From the NCBI GenBank assembly GCA_036172245.1, contig JAYWIR010000027.1, forward strand, positions 992,001-1,056,000: 64,000 bases of DNA, read 5' to 3'. Position 1 is the first letter of the stretch, and each line of letters opens with the position of its first letter. The stretch comes from Raillietiella orientalis (Eukaryota). This document shows positions 47,760-60,779 of the stretch, one piece after another. Made by a program: the position numbers and the translations under genes. The notes beneath the pieces were generated by a model, which searched no databases, was not told where the DNA came from, and saw only the letters and a program-made list of their open reading frames with translations.

Positions 47760-49060
47760 CATGAAGACTTGTGCTCTCCGCGTCGCCACGGAGACCTCGA
47801 CCTCCTGACTCTGAAGCGCCTGGAGCGGCAGCTCGAGTGGAGGACGCTTGCCCTTGTGGTGAGGCTATGGAGCTCGCACAATACCTGGTCGAGAGAGTCA
47901 CCGGCCCGCTGGCGCAGACGCAACTTCTCCAGGTGCGGACTGGAGCTCCAGCGGGTGACCAAACTGACCAGGACCAACAGCTGCATCTCCTGCCGGCCCG
48001 CGAACGGCAGCGCCTGGTTGCAGGAAATCGTTCGCACGTGGGCCAAGAACAACGAAGCGAGCGAGCTTGGAGATTCCGCAGCGACTGCTGCATTCCCTTC
48101 TACAACTGCTCCCTGCAAAACCTCAGCGTCAGCCCACACGTGTGCGTGGGCGTAAAGAAATCCCCTAGCCGCGGCACTGCCCTCCCTCAGGGAGCACCTG
48201 GGCAGTAACCAGCCAGCTAAATGGGAGGCCAGCTGTGGAATCCGCGGAAGAGCGGAGGAATTAGGGCAGCTCACGGACGTTGCGACCCCCAAGTGTCCCA
48301 CTGAAGGGACTGTTGCGCTGGGGTGAGCTACTGGGAATCCTACAGGAAAACCTTGAGTGGGCCCATTGCTGAAGAGCGACCGGGCTCTCCCCTGAAGTGG
48401 CAGGAATCAGCACTTCTGCTGTTGCACTGGGGTCTCCCGTGCGACTCCTGCCTCTCCCACTGGACCTGGGAACTGTGGACCCCAACTGCTACAGGTGCGG
48501 GAAACGGGAATCCCAGATCCTGCACCTGCTCGTAGACTGTGTTGCCCTCCGGCCCCTGTGGTTGCTCCACTCTACGGCTCTTGGTGCAGTGACGGACAAT
48601 CCCAGGCACGTGATGAAGCACCTATTCGTGTGCGATGACCTTTCGCCTGCCGCATCCCTAGCAGCTCTTGGCTGCTGCCTACGCAGGATTGAGTCGGCCT
48701 GGAGCGACGCCAGTGGAGAAGGACGGTGCGATAGGGACGCCATGTGCTTCGCCCTGCGCTTCCTGCGGACGGCAGCAAGGTGGTCCCGCCTGGGGCATAC
48801 TCAGAAGGAATTTGCCGGCATCCTGGAAAGGATGCAGAGGGCTCCTTCCAGATCCCGGTGATTCCTTCTCTAACCCTCCCAATTTTTCCTATGTATTTTT
48901 TGTTTTATTTTTATTTTGTTTGCCCTCTCGTGGCCGAGGAGAACCTCACCTGCCTGCGTGCCGGTCAACTCGGCAGGTTCCGAGCATTTTCGGATGATAT
49001 AGGGCCGATGACCCTACACATGTATGTTTATTGTTTTTTATAATAAGCGCCCCTGCGTGA
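47760..49060 (+). mobile_element. Tx1/L1-like LINE 3' end, copy 2
   Basis: LQEIVRTWAK, LKWQESALLLLHWGLP, DPNCYRCGKRESQILHLLVDC (CCHC zinc finger), T-rich 3' UTR ending TATAATAAG. Confidence 0.8.
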
Positions 49061-50559
49061 CCGGGTGATGAACCCACGAAGAAAGGGGGGGGGGATCTGG
49101 AAACCGGAACGAACTTTGTAGAACAGGAAAAAAACTCCGAAGGTCTTCTTGATTCCTGGAAGGACCCCGGAGGGTCGAGTTCCGATCGCTGCCACTTTAT
49201 CCCGGCCGGTTTTATTAGCTACCAGAGCCCCGCCCGATTTTGGGCCAACCAGAGGTGAGAGAGGGAGGTGACTCGAAACCCAATACACCCTCCGATTTAT
49301 CGGCCCCGATCCTTTCCCGGGAGGATTTCGAGCCCGCGACGCGCGGTGCCGGGAGCGGAGACTGCAGCGAGATCTTTGTTTACGCAGCCTTCCCCGCGCT
49401 GGAGGCCCAGGAAGCGTAAACAAAGATGAGGTACAGCAGCTCCTCGCTTTGCTGTGGCCGTGGTTCCGTGAGAACGCGTTGGTTCGATGATCCCTTTGGG
49501 CAAGGAACGCAAACATTGCGGATCCGAGAACGAAAAAAAATCCTCCCTGGGCGGCGCTGCGAGCCAGGTCACACGGGAAGGGAACTCGGCAAGTTCCGTT
49601 TGCACGGCCTAGATGGCGCGCGCACTCCGCGCTCGCCGGATGGGGAGGGGGGGAACTCGCCGTGGAAGGCGATACCACTTGAAATGAATTTCTCTCTCTC
49701 GGGCCGCAGAATCACCCCCTTTGGGGGGCGGGCCGTCCCCCCTCACGGTGTTCAAGGAGGCTTCGCGCGCTGCCTGCAGGAGTCCCCCGGCGCGACCTGC
49801 CCCCGCGCGGCTTCACCCTCTGTGCGAAGGCTGCCCACTCGTCGACGTTCGACCGGTCCATCGCAGACGGGCGGGACCCTCGTAAATCCGGTCCTGTTGT
49901 TGGCGCAGACGGGACAGGTTGCTCGGGAGTTCTTTACGACACGGGGAGGGGCAACTCGGTGCCCTCGCTGCGCGCCCAATTTGTTCACAGCGCAAGAAGG
50001 TGGCGGTGGCAGCTGGCGCTTAGAAATTCGTGCCTAGACCCCTTTTTGCAGACGGCAAAAAAAGGAAAAAGAAAAAAAAAATGGAAAATGGCTCCGAAAG
50101 TGCCAGAACGCTAACGCGAGCTGCGAGCTCACGAAGGGGCGAACGCGTGCACTCTGCCGCGTGTTTGAAATCCACGGATTGCCGGCAGCTCCTTCCCTTC
50201 GATCTTGTTTGTGTTGCTGTGTCCTGTTGAATAACGCCGGTGATTGGCGGCGTGCAGCCGTAAACAAGCACCGTCGTCGGAAGTACTTGAGCGCCAATCA
50301 AACCGCCTCAGAGTAAACATCATTAGGAGTTTCCATAAAGCAGTAATCAAGCGAGGAGCAGCTCGGATGGTTCCCGGGATGCCATTGGAACTCTGGTGAT
50401 TTACGACTTTGGTAAGCGCGGCCGGTCCTGCGATCCTTCCATCCAGCATCACCAGCAGCGGAAGAACGAGCTTGCGAGAGATGGCACAACCGTCCGTGAA
50501 GCTGGAATCGACCTCTCGCATCACGCCGGTCGCCGCCTCTGAAGCCGCCCGTGTTCGTC

Positions 50560-51243
50560 CAGGCTGAGTGGCTGCGGTCTCTGCGCGCCGCACCGCACCG
50601 TCGCGGGTTCGAATCCCAGCTGGAGGAGGGGAGGATCGACGACCAGAAGGGGGATCGCGTCGCGAGTTCGAGTCCCCCCCGCAAGATGACGCTGGCTGGC
50701 CCGTAATCAGACGGGGCACTGGTGGCTGATAAAACCGTCCGGGATAAAGTGGCGGGGATCGGAAGTGGATCTTCCGGGGTGCTTCCAGGACTCAAGCAGT
50801 CCTGCGAGATTCCCCCCCTTCAGGCTCTGCAAATGGATCCGACCCCCCTTCCTCAGGGTTGACCCTCCATCGTGTACCACGAAGCTGGTGAGTTGATGAC
50901 ACCTCTTCCGAGTGTCAGAAGCGCGCTGCTCCCTCGGGGTTCTTTCCAGTGGGGGAAGAAACAGGGAGTTGCGGGTTCCCTCCAGACAGCAAATTCGGGA
51001 GCGGATCCTTTCCGGGTTCCTTTCGGAGAAGGAATGAGGAGTGCTTCCCCTCCTCCGTAGCATCCCCGGACTCATAGGGTGGCCCCCTCCCGGGATACCC
51101 CCGACGACTTGAATAGTGAACGCGCAGTTTCCTCGGGTGGCATGGATGGTACTTAAAGAGCTTCGTGAGCACCCCGCAAGGAGGCAGACGGTTCTTCGTT
51201 ACTCCTCGAGACCATCCCCCCCCCCTCTAAAAAAAAAAGAAAC
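50560..51243 (+). mobile_element. tRNA-headed SINE, copy D
   Basis: A-box-like GGCTGAGTGG, B box GGTTCGAATCCC, second box GAGTTCGAGTCCC, core GCAAGATGACGCTGGCTGG, shared body, A-rich tail. Confidence 0.8.
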
Positions 51244-53799
51244 AGCTGGAAGGGGGAAGCCGCGAAAACGGAAGAACCCGAAAGACTTTGGCTTTCTGGA
51301 TCTTCGCGTTTCTTTGCGAAATTCCGCAGGCATTCTCGGGAAGGCGAACCCGGCCCGCGTGTGTTGATGATGATGACGCAAAGCTACGCTGCGCCACCTG
51401 CTTAGCTCTGCATCATCATCATCAACAACATCATCATAGGTGGCTCATGTGTTGCGGCTTCGCATTTCGTGGCGGACTTCTTCCATTCGGGTGGTTCTGC
51501 GAAGAAGGAGGCAGCGCCTGAGGGACCAAGGAGGCCTGCCCACTTTCACTTTCCCTCATTCCGTCGCGCCTATTGAACCGCGGTGCGATGCGTTCCTCGC
51601 CATCCTCCCCCTTTCGTAGGGCCGGAGGGCTCTGTGACCGCTGGCTGCTTGCTGCTTACCGAGCAGAACTCCTTGCTGCATCCCCTTCACCCTGCTTGTT
51701 GCTTACCGGCTGGAGCGCCCTTCACCGTCACAGGTGCTCTAGCCGTTCCTCCTTGAAGCCATCCGAAGGATCGCCAGGCTGTTCCTTCCGCTGAATCCAG
51801 GATCTCGTCCTACCGAGACTTGTCGCCTGCGACAGTTGCATTTCTTCTTGCATGGGTGGATTTCCAGAGGCGCTCCGGAGGCTGCATCTTGGAATACGAG
51901 ATGGTCTGGCAGGAACCAACCGGTGATCACTGCACCCTCTTAAGCTCACCCTAGCGTGTAACAACAAGGCGAACACACACAAAAAAAGGGAAAACAAAGA
52001 CGGAGGAATGCAGAGCCGGGTCACCAGTTCCCACCAGCATCCCCTGAATCGGTGATTACGAGGGAATTTTTGGTCATTACGTGCCGGCAGACACTCGGTG
52101 TTGAACAGAGAGCATCTGTCCGCGCGTAATGACCGAAGTTTCCGACTGTCAAAAACAAAGAGTTGCATCAAAGTACCTCCGTGTGACGCGGGCTCGTGCG
52201 ACACGGAGAAAAAATGCCGACGGCCCTCGCCTCGTACAACGCGGGGTGAATCGGTGGGGTTGCGCGCAAGAAAGGGTGCGACGCGGCGAAAACATGGCGA
52301 CAGCCCTCGTATAAGGCGGTCCCGTACGGACGAATTCTCTCCGATTTGCAGCGCAGCGTCGTCGGTTCATCTGCTTCTGCACAGAACACAGACGCGTCAT
52401 TCGAGGGCACGTTGGATGCTGCTCGAATCTTCGCAAGACGAAAACGGCTCGAGGAGATGCGCTCTTCAGCCAGGAGGACGGCACAGCTGAAACGACAAAG
52501 AGGCTCCAATCCATACAAGGGCAGCAAAACTGTACAAGAGTTTTTTTTTTTTTTATTTGAATTTAAACTTAAAGAATAAACAGAGGCTTTTAATTCTTTT
52601 TTCTCTTGCTCTTAGTGAAATAATAATAAATATTCTTCTCGGTTTAACGCTCGAGGTACATCTTCTATCTTTCATAGATACTATCGTACCTCATATGGGG
52701 TGCAACGCATACAACTCGTGTAACGCGGAACGTATTCCTCGCTTCGTACTAAGTCTGCTGTATCTATGAGGGAGGGGAAAAAAAAATAGGCTGCATGCGT
52801 AGGTATTACTCGAAAAATTAGTTGGTAATTATAAATTATGTTTCTGGATAAGTCAGATGCACCCCACGCTCTTCGTGATCGCTCTGCTTCCGTGAGCAGC
52901 TGATCCGTTTGCCGCCGAGCGGAGAGATTACACTCGAAGTACCTGGAAAAAGGACACTCGAAAAAGGACGTGAAGTTCTGCCCTGGGTCTTAAAAGACTT
53001 GCGGGAGGTGCCTGCTGTTAGCGTGACATGACACGCACTCGGCGCCCATCGCTTTCGCGCCGCTGAACGTCCAGGAACATCCCCTCTTCCGGCTGACCTC
53101 CGTCTTGATTTGATGCGGCGGGATCCGCGCACTTGCGCGCGCGAGCGCTGCTTCCGGTTCGCCTTCCGTTCTCTCCCCAGGGAAGCTCCTGCCCCCGTTT
53201 TCCTCTGCCTCGGCCCGGAATGCCCTGACCTCCGTTTCGGCAAATCGAGCGATCGGAAATTCCTTCCGTGCCGAGGAGGCGTTTGGTGTCTCCCGGTTGC
53301 CCACACCTCTCCCGCGTGCGCGCCCAGCCAGACGGTGCTTTTCCAGAGCCTTCCCGGCTGACCCAGCAGGAGAGGGGCGGCTGCTTGCGGTGCTGGCGGG
53401 GTTCCCTCTTCAATGCCATTGAGGGACGGACGGGAATATATGGGCATCTTTCTTTCAAAGCGACGATCGGAGCACGGAACCGCATCTCGTTCTGGACCGG
53501 ATGCCGGGATGCACCCTCCTGAAAAACCGCATGATGATCCTCACGTTTCTCTGCGCGAGGCGGCATCAAAAGAAGGGCGTGAGTGGGCGGGCGGAGGGGG
53601 AGGGGGAGACTTCCGCCGCTTCCAGTGTCTTCCTTTCAACCCTTCGTGCAATTTTCGAAAAATTTCATCGTAGGAGGCGGTCCATCCGAGGTTTCCACTG
53701 CATGGCTAGGGGGAAGTTTTCCCTGACCTAGAGGGGAGGTGGGGGGGGGGGGAGGTTCGCACGTGTCCTGGGAATCGGAAACGCTCCACCATCTTGACA

Positions 53800-54800
53800 G
53801 GTTTGTGCGGCCGCCTCATGTCACGGCACGGCCGGAGGGCTGCTCACGGTGACTCTCCGTCCGAGAGCCCCGGAAGATCGGGTGAAGGCCGTCCCGGTAG
53901 CGGCGACGTTCGCAAGAGCTGGAAGCTCCTAGGGTGCACCTGGGCCTGTCTATGGCGGGGTCTTTGCCCACCCTGGCACCCTGTCCACCTCCTCGCTCCG
54001 TCTTCTGGGAAGACGCCCACATTCGTGCCGGCCAATGTCGGTTCTTCTTCTTCAGAGGGGGAGCGTCGCTGCCACACGCGGGTCTATCGCACGCGCGTAG
54101 GCACGGCCATGTTGGATGCTGGGGGCAGCCGCGGGGCGCCTCGTTTTGTCGAGGCGCGACCTGCGAGGTCTCCAACCTTCCCTCCCGTCTTCATTCGGGA
54201 GTCATCCCAGGACCTGCCACTGGGAATCGGATAGTCACGTGAGCATCCACCGTGGACAGCAGACTCGAGCGCTTCCGAACACGCCAGGGGTGCCGCCGAA
54301 GGGGCGGGCAGCATTCAGGAGAGCCGCTGATCTTTCCTCCCCTCGCGCGTCGCCAGTCAAGTCCACGGAGGCGCGGGTCTCGCAGGCGATCACCTCCCAG
54401 CTCCCTTCGCCCGGTGGACCAAGGATTTGTGTCGCCGAGTGCGCGCGAGGGAGTGCCACGGGAAGCCTCACCCCAAACCGGACGTCTTCTGCAGTTGCGA
54501 CCTCGGTGGAGGGAGGGGGGGGAGGCTGGTGGTTCCGACCGCACCGCTCTGGGGTGAGGAAGGAAGCGTCTGGGGCTTCCGCAGTGGTCACGCGACTACC
54601 ATTCCCCATTCCCTGTGATCTCCCACCAGGAGATGCCGCTCCCGGCTGCGCTGGGGATTGCGGGCGCAGACTTCCTGCCCTCTCGCCTCTCCCTCTCGTG
54701 CTGCTTGCCGAAAGACACCGGTCGCCGGCGACCATCTGGGAAGCCCCCGCCCCGCTCGAGGCGAGTGCATACTTCGCCAACGTCCATGAGTCAGAAACAT
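53800..54800 (-). mobile_element. decayed SGNH-hydrolase-like ORF repeat
   Basis: YRDGLHPIFRG (SGNH block V, DxxH) at about 53867-53899; 54555-54740 aligns at DNA level with 44500-44622. Confidence 0.5.
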
Positions 54801-55619
54801 CCGCGATGGACTTCCCAGTTTTCCAAACGAGGGAAAATAATCTGAAATTCCTTGGATACGCTGACCACCTAACCGCTCCGAGTACGGATTTCCGCTTTCG
54901 ATCTCCCGAACGCGGACTCGCTGACTCAGAGCAGACGCAGCCAGGCCCTCGGCAGTGTTTGAGGAGCTGCATTGAGGCCCCACGTCCAACATCTTTTCAG
55001 TTGGGCGCACGAAATCGCGGAGATCCGAAAAGGCCGTCCTCCGACGAAAACTGCAGCTTCCTGTAATCATTGTGATTTATTTGTGTGCTCGAGGAGAATG
55101 GATGGGGTTTGAGGGGTCATGCCGACTTGTTTATTTTTATTTTTTTTAAGTGGAGGAAGGGGAGGGAGGTCGCGGAACGACTCGGTTTACTGGAGCTGCC
55201 TGCAGGCCGAGCCCATTCGTCCAGCAGCCGTAGAGGAGAGGAGCTGGTGAAACGCGCCAGGGACCTTCCTGCCGCCGAGGGCAGCGGGAGACAGCGGGAG
55301 GGAAGGGAGAAAACACGAGAGCGGGTTGCCCTCCCGTCTGGGGTGCGACGCCCTTCCCCAAGTCCTTCTCAGAAGGGAGGTGGTGGACCCGTGGTCCGGT
55401 CGGAGCTGGGGAAGCCGCCTGGGGGCCAGGTTTCCGTGGTATCGTCCTTCGGAGTCGTGGCAGGTGATCCGGAGAAACCTTGTAGAGCGGAGGTGCCGCG
55501 GGCGATGGGGGTTTTCCGCAAAAGGAGCAGCGCGGAGTCCGCACTCTGGCGCGGTCTGGGCGGCACCTCCGGCACGTGGGGTGAAAGGATGGGTGCGCCT
55601 GGCCAGGGGCGGAGAGCTG

Positions 55620-56580
55620 GAGATGCAACTCCGGTGTAGCTATGCGGCGGCCCTATCTTCTGACCGCGGGGGACCACGAGTGTTGGGAAGAAGGGCTGGC
55701 ATCTGGACGAGCACTTTTCGTCGCAGTCCAGCGTTCCCCTCCCCTCCCCCCCCCAACCTGCAGTCGATCCTCCCTTTCGGGTGTCCGAACGTGCCATCTC
55801 GACGGGAAGCCCCTCATTCGCTTTCGCCGCGCCGTGAGAAGGTCTGCTTGAGGGTGGACGGACGAGCATCACGGATGCTAGACTCTCGCGGGGAGACTGA
55901 GTATCCCCCAGCCTGGGAAATTATGCTGGACCATCGCACCAACCGATTCCTCCTCCTGGCCGTGCCTGGTCGGTGCAAAGCCGTCCGGGAGCAACTTCCG
56001 GTGGGGACTCGCAGAAGCCTCGAAGTGCAGGCCTGCCCGTGGGACGTGGACATGGAATCACCTCGTTCCCTCCCGAGTACCCTCTCGAGGCAGCTAGCGC
56101 TTGTCGAAAGACCTGCTCTTCCAGAACGCTAAGTGACCTCGACCTACCCCCCGGACTTTGAACGGGCGAGACGTGTCTGGCTTGCCCGAACCCTCATCAG
56201 CTCTGACCGCCGGGAGCCACGATTGTCCCGGCGCCAAGCGGCGCTGGCGCTGCGGGTTGCGACTCGCCCGCCGGGTTCCGGGGAAGGTCGTGGTTATTAT
56301 GGGCATCAGTGAAGTCGGCAAGCGCGCGGGTCGGGACCCACGAAGGCTCTCCTCCCGATGCAGCCGGCTCTGCAGGTGGGTAGCGCTGAGCCGTGGAGGT
56401 CTGCGGTCACCCAACCTCCCCGGAGGAAGGCAGTTCCTGCCTCCTGGCGTTCTCTTCCTCCAAGGATGGCAGGTTCCCCAGCTCCAGGGAGTAGAGGCGG
56501 GCAGAAAGTTTGATCCTGTCCCCCTCCCACACATAAGTGATCTTTCGGTGGGAGCCGCAGTGAAGCTGCCGGCCTAATGA
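55620..56580 (+). mobile_element. decayed SGNH-hydrolase-like ORF repeat
   Basis: STYPPDFER, VSGLPEPS, KVVVIMGISEVG (resembles block III V..G.ND), KDGRFPSSR; DNA homology to 61095-61205 reverse complement. Confidence 0.5.
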
Positions 56581-57519
56581 GGCGCAGCTGTGGAGTGATG
56601 GTCCATGTGGGTCGTCCTCGGACAGGAGTCGGTCCTTGTTTGCGTCTTCTCTCCTTGTTTGCGTTTGCGGCCCTCCCACGCCCAAGGCGATGCATCCTTC
56701 CTGAAAAAGCTCGCCAGGGTAGCTTCGTCAGGGTGAGATAGCCTAACTCGAAACAAGCACCGTACTGTTGCCACAGATGCCGTCGAGGGATGCACCCACT
56801 CCCATCCCCATTCCACCTCACCCCCCAGGATGCTCCTGGGACGCTCAGGGTGGGTCCATCCGTCAGCTTCCGTTTCAAATGACCTCTGAGCTCGCTGCCG
56901 GCGTGTCCTTTCGGTCCTTTTCTCCAGTGACCACCAGCAGGGAGCAGCTAGAGCGAACGGGAAGGGGGAGGGGCGACTCAGCATGCCCGCAGTTATCGAG
57001 AGAACTCCCGGAAACCCGTGAGGGTCGAAACACTTGGAATTTCCTATCCCCCATTTTTACTCGTGCAGATGACAATGGCCTGCTGCGGGGGTTTCATCCC
57101 TTTGTGACGCTCTGAGCACGTTTTTCCTGAATTCTTCCGCGACGGTCAGTCTCCCCAAGGTCGTGCCAGGTTCCGTCCAGGCCACGAAGGAATTCGCCGG
57201 CGAAGCGCGGCAGCGATCTTAGGCGAGGTCTTCGAAACGCCCCCAGAGTGAACGAGGTTACCATCTGGCGGCCCTATGCGGAACCATTCAGCGACGGCGA
57301 AAGGTGGCTTCGGAGCCAAATTCCTTCACGGCGGCCGCCACCGGGTAGGCAGGCAGAGCGAGCGACTCCGGAACGGCGCCCAGCGTCTTCCTCGACCTCC
57401 TCGCGTTCCAGCGCAAGCGTCTCCCTCTTCGTCATTGCGTGCAGACGTATCCCCGCTCCTCCCCGCACCCTCGCTTCCCCCAAAGGGATTCAAGCAGCTG
57501 CTTCTAGCTCTGTCCAGAG

Positions 57520-58480
57520 GGGAAAGGGAGAGGGGAAAAGGAGAGGCTGCGGGAACGTGGACGCGTCCTAACGCATGGAGTTTTTCGATACACGAAACGC
57601 ACGTACGGGTGTTCTCCTGTTCCACTCGTGTCCTTGAGATTCCGTCTGGAGCAACCTTTAGCCTCGATTCGTTCCTGGTAGTCAAGAATTGACTGGACGG
57701 CACTGGGCATGCAACTTCACATGACGACGGGGAGCATTGCATGCGGGTAATGCGTTTCTTAAAGGTCCTTCCCTCACGGAGAGGCTGCTGCTGCTGCTGT
57801 TGGCGTCGCTCTCACATCGCTCCTGCAGTCACCGGCAGTAATTCTCTCCATTTCGCTTCTTCGCCGGAACCTCAAGCACCGTCGCCATCCCGAAAACCTT
57901 CATTTGCAGACACCAGCATGTGTGCGAAAAATATGGGAGGGACTTTCCTTTCTTTTTTATTTAAAAGGCCAGTAGCGACCACACGAGAAGATGGCTACTA
58001 TCGGTCTGAGAGTGATAACAACTCTGATTCATGTAGCGGCATCCCACGTCGTTTAGGCTTTTTTTTTTTCTTTTTTTGCTGAGCGAAATACTCAAGAACT
58101 GTTCTTCCAGAGCACACACCCGTAGCTTGGAGCCATCCTAGCGCCATCATGAGAAACCCATGATGCATCTTCTACGGGTATGCGAACCCACGATGGTCGG
58201 CGCTGCGCGTTGGCCGCCACGCTGGAGGGAATTCGGGAAAGCAAACTCTCTCAGTAGACAACCTTGCACGATTTCTCGAAAGTCTTCCAGAAATGATTTT
58301 CCAGTTGCGACTCTTCCACCTGACGGAAAATTCCGTTCCGGAAATTTCCGTGATGAAAAAGCCTGTTGCACAACTGGTTTCAGTGTCTTGCAAGAGTCTC
58401 CACGCTTCGAGAACCTCCTTACTTGAGATCCCGACGGAAGTCCTTTCCTGTAGACGCTCAACTCTGGAGCAGTTCAGCAG
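57520..58480 (-). mobile_element. decayed PIF/Harbinger transposase
   Basis: Motifs in order across frames: CATG...F.V, YMNQSCYHS (YNxKxxHS), F...VS..G..DG, LPVV...ACP...FLT, RTCVSCIEK...LG (SRAR..IE.AFG). Confidence 0.6.
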
Positions 58481-58571
58481 ACATTTCCCTCGGGCACACG
58501 AACCGTTGCTCCTTGTGAAGCGGCCACTTAAAACCGGCCTTCCTGAAGTGTGGCTTCCCTGTGCGCAGTCA

Positions 58572-58638
58572 TCATGGCGCCCAACAATGAGATCTAAAAA
58601 TAGCGGGCGAGCGGCTTCAAACCGGTCCGCGTCTCGGG
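58572..58638. repeat. short dispersed repeat, copy 3 (partial)
   Basis: ATGGCGCCCAACAATGAGATCTAAAAATAGCGGGCGAGCGGCTTCAAACCGGTCCGCGTCTCG. Confidence 0.85.
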
Positions 58639-58849
58639 TGCGGTTCTGTAGCGGAACGAGCGAGGCGTCTTAAGAGGCTGAAACTGTGCAATCGTGCACA
58701 GAGGGCCTCGTTCGGCGAGGTGGCACCTTCCTGTATCTTGGAGTCTGGAGAGCTCATGGAGGAGAGGACAATAAATAAACAAGCATGAGCAGATGACGGG
58801 AACTCATGAAGCTCCAGTTTCTTCCAGCCCTCAGCCTTCGCGCGACGCC

Positions 58850-59600
58850 GAAGATGCTATCGCTCGTCTGCATAGTCGGCTGAGTCCACACAGCACGTCG
58901 CCCTCCGCAGCGAGGAGAGGGCTAAGAGGATGGTCACTCGCCTCCTCTGGGGACGCTCCTTGGTGCCACGAGTTTCCTCGACTGCTACGCATGCAGCCAT
59001 ACTCGTCAAGAGGAGATGACGCTTTCTTTTGACTTCGGGAACAGCATTGTCTTCTGTCACGCCAGCACGGATCTCACGGTAGCTGGAATGCCGGGACTTC
59101 AGGACGTTCCTCGCTAAAGAGGAAGCGGCTTTCGGAACCGTCTGACTGCCGACAGCTCGAAGATTTCCTGAACTCTAACCACGGCATCGTATGGCTCCGA
59201 TACGCGATCCCTTGCGGATGAGGAAGCATTCGAGGACCTCTGGATACGAATGCATCTCTTCTTTTCAGGATGGTGGCCACAGTGCGCAGCCAAGACGTCG
59301 ATGCGCTGCGGTCGTCGGACGTGTCCAAGAGGAGAATGATGGACAAACATTCTAGCAGAAGCTGGAGGCTGAGGGGGGCGGTGATAGGTTGGAGCTCCGC
59401 ATCCACCAGGTCCTTCAGGGCAAGAAGCTGCTTTTCGGAGGCTGACCTGCAGCCGCTCCATGTCCGCAAGTCCTGTCTTGACGTTTTCCACCGGGCTGAC
59501 GCTTTTCTTGAATCGGCGCACAGATGCTGTTTGAGGCTGGGGTGCTGCCACTTTAGCTGGGGAACCTCTGAGAACAGTGACATTGGGGAGATGCCCTAAA
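58850..59600 (-). mobile_element. decayed hAT transposase
   Basis: RTWSG...QLLALKD resembles TRW.S...RLL.LK; VPEVKRKRHLLLTSMAACVAVEE resembles the hATC dimerisation pattern P.L.+LA..LL.+PA.S..VER. Confidence 0.45.
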
Positions 59601-59799
59601 GATACCCGGAGGCATTGCGGATTGCCGCCACCCGCTTGGAGTCCTCTTAAAGCCTCACCGGCTGCTTGGGGTCAGCCGGTGAGGCTTCAAGAAACGTCGG
59701 TCCCCAATCTGCTGTGCCTCTTGCGAGTTTGCATCGGTTGAAGAGGGAGGAAGACATGCCAAGCGTCCGTGGTTCCCCGCCACGCCCGGTGTGCCTTCC

Positions 59800-60425
59800 T
59801 TGCGCGTCGGTGGCCTTCGTGGCCGCGGTCTCCGAGCGTCGCTGGTTCGAGTTCCCCCTGCAAGATGATGCTGGTTGGTCCATAATCGTGTGAGCTGATT
59901 AAACCGGATGCCTCCGATGGCCGGGATTGGAAGTTGACCCTCCAGGTCTTTCGGAGTTCTCTTCCAGTTGTGCAAATGGCGCCGTCCCCCCTCTCCTCCT
60001 TCATCCATCTCGTACTATGGAGTTGGTGTACAAACGCGTTGCTCCCTTCGGGGAGAACCCTTCAGAGAAATGGGGAGGCATCCCTTTGGACTTCCCTTCA
60101 GAGAAGGAAACCAGGAGCAGGTCCTTCCTGGGGGATCCCTCCGGAGAAGAAACAAAGGAGCGGCCTCCACAGATTGGAAATTTCTTCGGAAAGAATAAAA
60201 AATAGCTCCCTTACGGAGTTCCTTCCGGAGACGACCAGGAGAGAGAGGAAGGGATTCGCTTCTCGGGAGCCCTTCCCGGATTCATAGAGTGGTCCCCTCC
60301 CGAGGTACCTCCATCTTGAAGACGCACCCTCAGGTGGCGTGGAACGGTGTTAATTAAAGAACTACTCGAGCCGCTAGGCACGCGACGGTTCTTGAGGTAC
60401 TCAGCAAACTGAAAAAAAGAAAGCC
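59800..60425 (+). mobile_element. tRNA-headed SINE, copy E
   Basis: GGTTCGAGTTCCC, core GCAAGATGATGCTGGTTGG, body GTACTATGGAGTTGGTG, end GAGGTACTCAGCAAAC plus A-rich tail. Confidence 0.8.
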
Positions 60426-60779
60426 CGAAGGAAATTGGCTCCTATGTCTGGAACACTACCTTAAGAAATTCGATTCCCGTGGATTTCGTGGCGCGGCCGT
60501 CACCGCTGACTCTTCCCTTCCCATGGCTGCAAGCAAAGAATCTTCATCGCGCTTAACGGCTTCGTTTCATCACGGAACCAGCAAGCTCTTGGAGCGGTTA
60601 GCGGTGAGCAGCACGGCAGCTCTCCCCTCGCATTGGGGAACCCGGATAGGAGTACAGAAGGGAGCAGACCTCGTCTGGCTGCGGGTCACCAGCTTTTACC
60701 TACTTCCGCGTTGCCCCCCTGACTCGTGCTGCCATCACGTCTCGCCTAGACGAGGTTGAGTCTCCTCTAAAGGCGCAGT

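Noticed and set aside
49608..49622. CTCF-like motif CCTAGATGGCGC (similar at about 57261)
   Set aside because: A partial match that could arise by chance or from TE sequence; not supportable from sequence alone.
50560..50625. tRNA gene (also near 29790 and 33775)
   Set aside because: A/B-box-like motifs are present but I could not fold a cloverleaf, and each is attached to the same SINE body.
51362..51437. inverted (TGA)n/(TCA)n hairpin or His-rich peptide
   Set aside because: Simple microsatellites with no evidence of function.
52557..52769. mitochondrial insertion (numt) or small membrane-protein gene
   Set aside because: AT-rich, but the translation resembles no mitochondrial gene I recognise.
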